A DNA stretch of 64,000 bases from Macrostomum hystrix (taxonomy: Eukaryota > Animalia > Platyhelminthes): the NCBI GenBank assembly GCA_950097015.1, contig CATNEN010000010.1, forward strand, positions 1,922,001-1,986,000. Reading direction: 5' to 3'. The position numbers were made by a program, and so were the translations under genes. The notes beneath the pieces are model-generated. The model did no database searches, was not told the DNA's origin, and saw nothing but the letters and a program-made list of their open reading frames with translations. Within the stretch, counting starts at the first letter, position 1; the number at the start of each line of letters is the position of its first letter. Below are positions 36,485 to 46,896 of the stretch, piece after piece.

Positions 36485-36691
36485 ATCACCTGTGTGAGAC
36501 GAGATCTCCATGCAGGTGGGGCACAGGTAGCGGGTCTCCATGCAGTCGGAGAATGTGCAGAGTTCAGTGGACACCTTTCAGTCTTCTCTGTCACAGTCCA
36601 GAGCTCGGTGGACACTCTAGGCCTTCCACTACAATGCAAAAATACTGTCAGTCCGCGCTAAGGTTGCGTCTCGGCCTGCACCCGGTCGATG

Positions 36692-36932
36692 TCACACCGA
36701 CGACACCTTCTCAGCGCAGTCGTTGAGTCCGTTGGCTATGCTGGCCAGCCGCTGCCGTTCCAGCTTCGCGGGGTTCTTCATCACGGTGGGGTAAACTGGC
36801 TGGTAGAGAACGCCCGACTCAGCGCCCTCGGAGCCGTCGTACACCTGGCCGAGGGTAAAGGCCGGGCTTACGTACATGCCGCCTTCGACACTCTCCACCG
36901 CGGTCTGGAACACCACTGGCGGCACAGCCACC
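36692..36932 (-). pseudogene. 5'-truncated duplicate of the alpha-arrestin gene (last 80 codons only)
   Basis: Near-identical to 53464-53703; homology stops at 36931 and no further arrestin exons occur between 37000 and 46568. Confidence 0.88.
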
Positions 36933-37597
36933 CTGGAAATTCAGAAACGATTTCTAAATCTTAGTTTGAATCCATACGACCTGATTAGTACTGAGAAACG
37001 TGACAGGGTTTTTTCAGTTTAAATGCGAATTAAAAAATATGATAATGTTTCAACCAAAGTAAAATTATAAATGGTTAGTAACATCTGAGTAGATTGTGAA
37101 CTGAAAATATATTTTCTCCAACATATATTTGAAGAATCTATATTTATTACTACACTTCTATATAATAGCATCTGGACTAGAAGCGAGAAAAAAATTCACA
37201 ATTTACCACGAGGCCGATGTTTAGCTGAGCACAGCGGCTCTGCAGAGAAACATATCTACTTAAGCCGTCACAGATCTTAATGCGCCTTCATTCCATGCAT
37301 GCATATTGAATTTGGTGGACATCCTACGAGTCTCGGATATGTTGTGGAGAGAAATGGAGTCTACTTTTGTCGGATAAGCATTTCCAATTGATTTCAATGG
37401 CGTTTCAAATTGGCATTCCATCGGTCCCCCAGCTGTTCACCATAGACACTTGTTCCAAAACTGCCCCGACTTATGGCCACGTAGTGGCACCAATTTGAAT
37501 TGAATCAGATTTCATAGTTGTTTCATTTCATACTCAACGCAGTTTCCTCAGTTTTCTTTGCCAAGGATTTCTGCGCCATGAAAGCATACCCTTCACT

Positions 37598-38330
37598 ATG
37601 GTGAAAAAGTGTTCCGCATTCGGTTGCAAGAGCGGCTTCGCTAATAGTTCAACGCCAGGTACTGGGACATTTCATTGCTATCCACTCAACAACCCGAGTC
37701 TATTGAAAAAATGGAAGAAGGCAAATCCGAGGATGGCGTTTGAGCCCACCAAGTATCCTCGTATCTGCTCGCTTCATGGCGCGAGAGTTTGCAAGCAAGA
37801 TAGAGATGAATGTCCAGCCATTGAGCTCTGACTGCACCGTCATCTACTATATAAGTGGAGCAGTCGCTAAGAAATTCGTGCAAATGAAGCGCGGGTGCGC
37901 ATCTTGCCGCGAACTTCTGCTTGGCTCTGACGATCTGCCGCCTCTTGAGACTGATGGCGGGAATCAGGCCACGGCCATCGTCTTCTTGGAGGAGATCAAC
38001 CGGGGTGGCCTGTCCAAGCCGTCTGATATCGCTTTTGGGCTGGCAGACACTGCTGGCAGGTGTTCGAGGAGATCCGGCAGAGCAATGAACTGCGCAGACG
38101 GCTGCTGCATGCGCCCAACCAGGATGACAGCAACTATCTGGAACATTTCATGGGTCAGACGATGTGCACGGATGGCCATGATGTGAAAGAAGGAATCGTC
38201 TGTGCATTTTTCAACTGCATGATGAAAAATCTGGTCAAGGACGTTTCGGTTGGTGGAGCTGGGGCTCGAAGTAAGCGAAAGTCGGCCGGCCAAACTTTCC
38301 AGTGCAAGTACAGACAAGTAACTTTCATTT
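37598..38330 (+). mobile_element. Internally deleted P-element/THAP9-like transposon: THAP domain joined to the transposase C-terminus
   Basis: THAP C2CH MVKKCSAFGC...FHCYP...W...ICSLH, followed at ~37776 in another frame by the P-type C-terminal VIYYISGAVAKK..GCASC..L...FLEEINRGGLSKPSD. No catalytic core; TIRs not located. Confidence 0.82.
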
Positions 38331-39099
38331 GATGCCAATATGACCTCTGTGAACACTCTTCTGCAAGTTCTACGTTAACATTGTCTACGTGTTTTTTGTC
38401 ACCGATTGGTTGAGGCACCTTGCATATGCGTCAATCCATTTGAATTTGCGTTGTTGCTTCAAGTTAAACATAAATTAATAATCTGAAGAAAGTAACTAGC
38501 CAGCAAACATTACATCTCTGCATTTCCGACATTTGAATTTCTGATCTTGCATTTCCCAGTTTGACAGATTCCATAGAAAGCAGGGGAAAACTGGCCTTAT
38601 GAGGTAATGGGTATTTCTTCGCTTCCAGTCCACATGCTATTATATAGAAGTCCTTGCTCCAAGGCCTTGGAGTGTAATTTTACTCTATGGATCACTGGCA
38701 TTATCTGCCAGTTTCCCCCATAGAATTGTGAGGGGCCAGCCTGGGTTTATCAAATCACTTGACTCAACTTTTCCCTCGAAAAGCCCACCAATCGGAACAA
38801 TCGAACCACAAACCAGCTACCAACTAATCACTAGGGCGGGTGCCACTGGGGAGTAAGGCCTGATCCCCTTCTACCTTGGGATCAGCACCGTGGGATTTCG
38901 AGCGCTCGCATTGTTCCATCCCCCGGTTACATCAGATTTATTGCAGCTTGAGTGCACTGAAGATCTCCAAATGGTAAGAAATCATTCTACCCTCTTGTAA
39001 AAAGTGCTATACCCTCAAAGTATTATGTTATCCCTTGGAAATCTCACTGTTTCTTCTGGAAATCTCATGCGATATCTTAAAAAGTCGTGATTGCTTCCC

Positions 39100-39600
39100 T
39101 GCTTGGTTTTGAATAGTTTCTAGCATAGTTTCAAGTTTTAACGATCGCAGCTCGAAACACTTTTCTTAAGTTAAAAAAATAACGCTAAAAGCTACATATG
39201 CTCGAACAGTCTTGATTGAGTTTTGAATCGAATAACGCTTGAAGCTATGCTCGAAAAAATGTTCAAATTTAAAATTAATAACGCTTTTAGCTATGCTCAA
39301 ATAGTTCTAGTTATGAATCTGATAACGCATGCAGCTATGCTCAAAAATGTTTCCTTCGTTTTAGCATCGAATAACGCTAAAAGCTGCGTATGCTCGAACA
39401 AGTCTTGATTGAGTTTTGAATCGAATAACGCTTGAAGCAATGCTTGAAAAAGGTTTAAAAAAATTAAAATGACTAACGCCTTTAGCTGTTCCCAACATAT
39501 TTTTTCTAGTTTTGAATCTGATAAAACTTGCAGCTAGCGCTCAAAAATTATTTCCTTAATTTTAAGCATCGAATAACACTTGCTGCTACACTCAAAAACC
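39100..39600. repeat. Diffuse AT-rich repeat (ATAACGCT..AGCTATGCTCGAA core), same family as 45340-46560
   Basis: Recurring TAACGCT/GCTATGCTC motifs at irregular spacing. Confidence 0.75.
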
Positions 39601-40499
39601 GTGTATCTTTTCTCACAGCGAGAAGAGTAATGATAAAGCAAAAAATATTCGCTTTAACATCAGCTAAGCGCTAACTGTTTATCCCGAACCAAAAATGCCA
39701 AATAAAAATGATAATGAACAGGAACTTACGTTTTTCACTGTTGATGATAGAAGATTAGAAAAAAAAGAATCAGTAACAAAACTGATGCTGAAATTTGACC
39801 TGCATTCAGCAAAATTATAAAAGTACTTTACTTCGGAGCTAGATGAAGAGAAAGCGGCACAATGATCGAAGTCGAGACCAGGTGTGACAATATAAAGGCT
39901 GCAGTTTTCAGTTTTCAGCGAGAGGTCTCGCTAGCATTGAGCATCATAAAAGCCCAATCATTGAAATCTGCTGTGTACGTTTTTCTTATTCAAATCAAAT
40001 CACTCAATCAGCCAAGAGACAAATATATAAACGCACGTACGGGTGCTAAAAGCAGTGACGCATTCCTATTCAATTGGCGGTATCGGGCCCTCTGTTCTGC
40101 TAGCACACTCGCGGTCAAGAAAAGCAGTGACGTAATTCCTTCAATTGAGAGAATCGGATACAAACGCACGCACGGGTTAGAAAAAGCACCGGTGCAATCA
40201 AATAAAACTGGACAGTGTCGGGCCTTAAAAGTTACCTTAAAAGTATAGCAGAAAATAAGTGCATGCTTTGTCGAATATTTAATGCCTTTAGAATGAAGCA
40301 AATGCTTAGAAAATTAACGTGTACCATATCATTAAGAAAGCGCATCCTTTAGTGATGGAATCGCGAAAATCGGACAACGCGTTCGCAAGTCACATGCAAG
40401 TCACATGCAAGTCACATGCAAGTACGTTTTTAACTGTTGATGATAGAAGATTACTCAATATATCATGCTGCCCCTCAATAAACCATGCGACCCTCTCGG

Positions 40500-42500
40500 T
40501 AAATAATGCAACCCCTTCGATAATAAACTCTAACCCTTTCGATACATAATGCTACCCCTTCGATAATAAACTCTAACCCTTTCGATACATAATGCAACCC
40601 CTTCGATAATAAACTCTAACCCTTTCGATACATAATGCAACCCATTCGATAATAAACTCTAACCCTTTCGATACATAATGCAACCCCTTCTATAATAAAC
40701 TCTTACCCTTTCGATACATAATGCAACCCCTTCGATAATAAACCCTAACCCTTTCGATACATAATGCAACCCCTTCGATAATAAACTCTAACCCTTTCGA
40801 TACATAATGCTACCCCTCGATAATAAACTCTAACCCTTTCGATACATAATGCAACCCCTTCGATAATAAACTCTAACCCTTTCGATACATAATGCAACCC
40901 CTTCGATAATAAACTCTAACCCTTTCGATACATAATGCAACCCCTTCGATAATAAACTCTAACCCTTTCGATACATAATGCTACCCCTTCGATAATAAAC
41001 TCTAACCCTTTCGATACATAATGCAACCCCTTCGATAATAAACTCTAACCCTTTCGATACATAATGCAACCCCTTCGATAATAAACTCTTACCCTTTCGA
41101 TACATAATGCTACCCCTTCGATAATAAACTCTAACCCTTTCGATACATAATGCTACCCCTTCGATAATAAACTCTAACCCTTTCGATACATTATGCAACC
41201 CCTTCGATAATAAACTCTAACCCTTTCGATACATAATGCAACCCCTTCGATAATAAACTCTAACCCTTTCGATACATAATGCAACCCCTTCGATAATAAA
41301 CTCTAACCCTTTCGATACATAATGCTACCCCTTCGATAATAAACTCTAACCCTTTCGATACATAATGCAACCCCTTCGATAATAAACTCTAACCCTTTCG
41401 AAACATAATGCAACCCCTTCGATAATAAACTCTAACCCTTTCGATACATAATGCAACCCCTTCTATAATAAACTCTAACCCTTTCGATACATAATGCAAC
41501 CCCTTCGATAATAAACTCTTACCCTTTCGATACATAATGCTACCCCTTCGATAATAAACTCTAACCCTTTCGATACATAATGCTACCCCTTCGATAATAA
41601 ACTCTAACCCTTTCGATACATAATGCTACCCCTTCGATAATAAACTCTAACCCTTTCGATACATAATGCTACCCCTTCGATAATAAACTCTAACCCTTTC
41701 GATACATAATGCTACCCCTTCGATAATAAACTCTAACCCTTTCGATACATTATGCAACCCCTTCGATAATAAACTCTAACCCTTTCGATACATAATGCAA
41801 CCCCTTCGATAATAAACTCTAACCCTTTCGATACATAATGCAACCCCTTCGATAATAAACTCTAACCCTTTCGATACATAATGCTACCCCTTCGATAATA
41901 AACTCTAACCCTTTCGATACATAATGCAACCCCTTCGATAATAAACTCTAACCCTTTCGATACATAATGCAACCCCTTCGATAATAAACTCTTACCCTTT
42001 CGATACATAATGCTACCCCTTCGATAATAAACTCTAACCCTTTCGATACATAATGCTACCCCTTCGATAATAAACTCTAACCCTTTCGATACATTATGCA
42101 ACCCCTTCGATAATAAACTCTAACCCTTTCGATACATAATGCTACCCCTTCGATAATAAACTCTAACCCTTTCGATACATAATGCTACCCCTTCGATAAT
42201 AAACTCTAACCCTTTCGATACATAATGCTACCCCTTCGATAATAAACTCTAACCCTTTCGATACATAATGCTACCCCTTCGATAATAAACTCTAACCCTT
42301 TCGATACATAATGCTACCCCTTCGATAATAAACTCTAACCCTTTCGATACATAATGCTACCCCTTCGATAATAAACTCTAACCCTTTCGATACATAATGC
42401 TACCCCTTCGATAATAAACTCTAACCCTTTCGATACATAATGCAACCCCTTCGATAATAAACTCTAACCCTTTCGATACATAATGCTACCCCTCGATAAT
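40500..42500. repeat. 43-bp satellite (AACCCCTTCGATAATAAACTCTAACCCTTTCGATACATAATGC), about 46 copies
   Basis: Direct reading; a dimer of two related 21/22-bp halves. Confidence 0.97.
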
Positions 42501-43369
42501 TTATGCAAGCCAGTTGATAAATCATTCTACCCCCTTGATAAATGATGCTTCCACCTCGATAATTCATGCTTTTTCATTAATAACTCATTCTTTCCCCTAA
42601 AAAATGCATGACCCCCCTCGATAATTCAGGCTTCCCCCTCAATAATTCATGCTAGCTACTCGATATTTAACGCTTTCCCCTTGATAGTTCATGCTACCCA
42701 ATTGATAATAATAGTTTTTTCTTCAATAATTCATGGCACATCGGTGATATTCCATGCTTTCTCTTGGATAATCTATGCTATCCCCTTAATAATTCATGCT
42801 ACCACTTTGTTATATCATGCTATCCCTGTACAAATCTTGCTACCCGCTCAATAATTTATGCTTTTCTCACGATAATTCAGACTAGCCCGTTGATAATTCA
42901 TGGTATCATCTCGATAAGTCAGCTTTACAATCAATAATTCATGCTTCCACTTTGAAAATTCATTCTTTTCCCTCGCTACATCATGCTTCCCTGAATAATT
43001 TATAGTTTCCCTACGTTAATTAGTGTTTCCATCTCGATAATTTATGCATAACCTCAATTATTTTTTCTACCCCTCTATAATTGATTCTTCCCCCTTGAAA
43101 ATGCATGCTTTTCGCTTGATTATTTATGCTTCCCCATCGATAATCTGTGCTACCCCTTCGATAATTCATGCTGCAACTTCGATGGTTCATACATCCCCCT
43201 CGAAAAGTCATGCTTCCCACTCGAAAAAGCATGATTTAGTTTCATTTAGGATCATTTATGCTTTCCACGAATTCATGCTTTTACATGGGTAATTAATATT
43301 TCTTTCTTGATAATTAATGTTTCCTCCTGGATAATTCATGCTCCCACATCGATTATTAATGCTATCCCC

Positions 43370-44430
43370 TGGAAATCTCATGCTATCCCCTGGAAATCTC
43401 ATGCTATGCCCCGGAAATCTCATGCTTTTTCCTGGAAATCATCATCGTTTTTTCATAAATCTTATGTCAGTTACTTAATACCTTACTTTTTTCCCCGGAA
43501 ATCTCATGCTATTCCCTAGAAATCTCATGCTTTCTCCTCGAAATCTCATGCTTTCTCCTGGAAATCTGATGCTCTTCCCCGGATATCTCATGCTTTGTCC
43601 TGGAAATCTCATGCTTTCTCCGGAAATCTCATGCTTTCTCCTCGAAATCTCATGCTTTCTCCTGGAAATCTCATGCTTTCTCCTGGAAATCTGATGCTCT
43701 TCCCCGGAAATCTCATGCTTTCCCCGGATATCTCATGCTTTGTCCTGGAAATCTCATGCTTTCTCCGGAAATCTCATGCTTTCTCCTCGAAATCTCATGC
43801 TTTCTCCTCGAAATCTCATGCTTTCTCCTGGAAATCTCATGCTTTCTCCTGGAAATCTGATGCTCTTCCCCGGAAATCTCATGTTTTGTCCTGGAAATCT
43901 CATGCTTTCTCCGGAAATCTCATGCTTTCTCCTCGAAATCTCATGCTTTCTCCTGGAAATCTCATGCTTTCTACGGAAATCTCATGCTTTCTCCTGGAAA
44001 TCTCATGCTTTCTCCTGGAAATCTCATGCTTTTTCCTCGAAATCTCATGCTTTCTCCTGAAAATCTCATGCTTTCTCCTGGAATTCTCATGCTTTCTCCT
44101 GGAAATCTCATGCTTTCTCCTGGAAATCTCATGCTTTCTCCAGAAATCTCATGCTTTCTCCGGAAATCTCATGCTTTCTCCTGGAAATCTCATGCTTTCT
44201 CCTGAAAATCTCATGCTTTCTCCAGAAATCTCATGCTTTCTCCTCGAAATCTCATGCTTTCTCCTCGAAATCTCATACTTTCTCCTGAAAATCTCATGCT
44301 TTCTCCAGAAATCTCATGCTTTCTCCTGAAAATCTCATGCTTTCTCCAGAAATCTCATACTTTCTCCGGAAATCTCATGCTTTCTCCTCGAAATCTCATG
44401 CTTTCTCTGGAAATCTCATCCTTTCTCCTG
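43370..44430. repeat. 20/21-bp satellite (GGAAATCTCATGCTTTCTCCT), about 50 copies
   Basis: Direct reading; source of ORFs 43307-44475. Confidence 0.95.
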
Positions 44431-45989
44431 GAAAAAATAATGCTTTTTTTTATAAACCTCACGCCATTCACCTAATACCAGATGCATTCAATTGATATAA
44501 CTTTGTTGAGCTATATTATTTACTTTCATGTCTTATTTTCTTAAATCTTCTGCTTTAAAAATAGTGAGCAAATAATGCTAGCTGCCATGATGCTCGAAAA
44601 AAACGCTAAAAATTTTAAAATAATACGGCTGTTTGGTACCCTTGAAACAATTATTTTGTTTGTAACCTAATAACGATTGTCGAAATGCTAGAAAAAACTT
44701 TTCATTAGCGTCAATTCGAATAGTGCTAGGGCTATACTCGAAAGAAACATTAATATTTGAAAAAATAAGGCGATTGGCTATTCTCAAATGTCTTACTTTT
44801 GAATATACGGATCGTAATATTGATTGCAGAAGTCCTCAAAAAGTTTTCTCTAGCGTTATTGTTATAGGCCTAATTTCTTTTTTTATCTATTTATCTCAAT
44901 GATGCCACCAAAGTTGTACCAGGTCTTTACTTCTTAAGCTAATTAATTATCTAATTTCATCGAATGCTACCAAAGTTGTTGCAGGGCAAAATTATTAATT
45001 AAGATCCCACCGCTGTTGACTTAATTTTATAGATATTTAACTGGCGGTCCTTAAATGGGCCGTTTTAACTTCTCAAATGGTAGCGTATGAATTTGCACGA
45101 GCGGTATTTAGGCAACTGTATGCGTCTCCAGTCAATTAGGCGTCCCCGAGATTATGAAAAGTAAAACAAAATTATTTACATACAATATTACTTTTATTAC
45201 GGTACGAAGATAAACAAAATATTTATTTTTTGGCGCGTTTTTGAATTTTTGTATTTTTACTATAATGTGAGAAACGTATATACAAAACCTATGAAACTAA
45301 AAATACACTGGCACATTATAATTACTCGTAGAATAGTGACATGATAACAGCTATGCTAAAAACATTATAATGCTTCAAATATTATCTGACATTCTAAATC
45401 TGATTACGCTAGCAGCTATGCTCGAAAAATCTTTCTTTAGTTTTATACTGAACAACGCTTGCTGAGGCACTGAAAACTCTTTTTTTTCTCACTATATTAA
45501 TACTCGTTCCCAAAAAGAGCTTAATAAAAAGGGAAATAGAAAAAAGTTACTCACTAATGGTGCATAACCCTCGATAGATACTTCCCTTGCTAATAATTGC
45601 TGTTTCCTCGATAACTTATGCTGCCCGTAACTAATTTATGCTACACCCTTGTAAAATCATGCTCCTGCATTGAAAAAATGCTACCATCTCAATATATCAC
45701 GATATCTCATATCTCATTCTATATATCATAAAATATTTTCTCCAAGCTTTGAAGCTAATAACGATTGTCGCAATGCTCGGAACACTTTTCTTTAGTTTTG
45801 GAAATAAAAAAACTCGCTGACAGTTATCCAAACAATGAATTAAACAATGCTTAAAGCAATGCTCGAAAAAAGGTTAAAATAGAAAGTGAACCACGCTTGA
45901 AGCTGTGAGCTGAACGTTTTTTCTTCTTGTTCTGAATCTGATAATGCTTGCAGCTATATATGCTTAAAAAATATCCTTTGTTTTAGCAT

Positions 45990-46430
45990 CGAATAACGCT
46001 AAAAGCTACGTATGCTCGATCAGTCTTCGACGAATTATTTTTTTAATTATTATTATAAAACATTTTTTTCGAATCGAATAACGCTAAAAGCTACGTATGC
46101 TCGATCAGTCTTCGGCGAATAATTTTTTTAATTATTATTATAAAACAATTTTTTCGAATTGAATAACGCTAAAAGCTACGTATGCTCGATCAGTCTTCGG
46201 CGAATGAATTTTTAAATTTTTATTATAAAACAATTTTTTCGAATTGAATAACGCTAAAAGCTACGTATGCTCGATCAGTCTTCGGCGAATTAATTATTTA
46301 AATTATTATTATAAAACATTTTTTCGAATCGAATAACGCTAAAAGCTATGTATGATCGATCAGTCTTCAGCGAATGAATTTTTTTAATTTTTATTATAAA
46401 ACATTTTTTTCGAATCGAATAATGTTTAAA
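45990..46430. repeat. ~85-bp AT-rich tandem repeat x5
   Basis: GAATAACGCTAAAAGCTACGTATGCTCGATCAGTCTTC recurs at 45991, 46076, 46161 and onward. Confidence 0.9.
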
Positions 46431-46896
46431 GCAACGCTCGTAAAAAAGTATTAAAATTTGAAATGAATTGCGCTGTGATCAATATTTTTTGTTGCAGTTC
46501 TGAATCTCGTAACGCTTGCAGCTATGCTCAAAAAATGTTTCCTGAGTTTTAGTATCAAAAGCAAAAACATCTACCCTTCACAGCCCTAACCAAAATCATT
46601 CGATATTCCTTTAACTGAGCATAGGAAAGTTCGATCTATTTGGTCCAATCAGCAGAAGTGGCTGGTTGAAGTTTCCCTCATTGGACGCCGTTTCACCTGG
46701 GGTAGCGGGTCCCCCAGTGGCGAGTGGCGGGGTCTGGGGCTGGGACAAGAGCAGTGCAAATACTGCGGCACCCCGGCTGTGTCAACCATTCTGGTCGAAG
46801 GAGCCTTCTTAAAAGCTGGACCGCGGACTCCGATGATCCGAAATTGCTCTCAAGCGGGAGAAAGTTTTTCTGAGCACAGGCGCCAAAGACTTCGGG

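Larger units (their letters stand above)
31671..36931 (+). repeat. Segmental duplication, copy 1 (direct repeat of 46568-53703)
   Basis: Near-identical sequence from CATCTACCCTT to GGCACAGCCAC, covering the metalloprotease gene, the spacer and the arrestin 3' end. Confidence 0.95.

Noticed and set aside
37250-38730. Terminal inverted repeats for the P-like element
   Set aside because: Only 6-bp CATAGA/TCTATG matches and no 8-bp TSD; the ends cannot be called.
40500-42500. Telomere-like CTAACCCT in the 43-bp unit (also TAACCC in the 36-bp unit)
   Set aside because: One hexamer per unit and no (TTAGGG)n run; not an interstitial telomere.
40500-44475. CRISPR-like or coding interpretation of the regular repeats
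   Set aside because: Head-to-tail repeats with no unique spacers, no cas genes, and a eukaryotic context.
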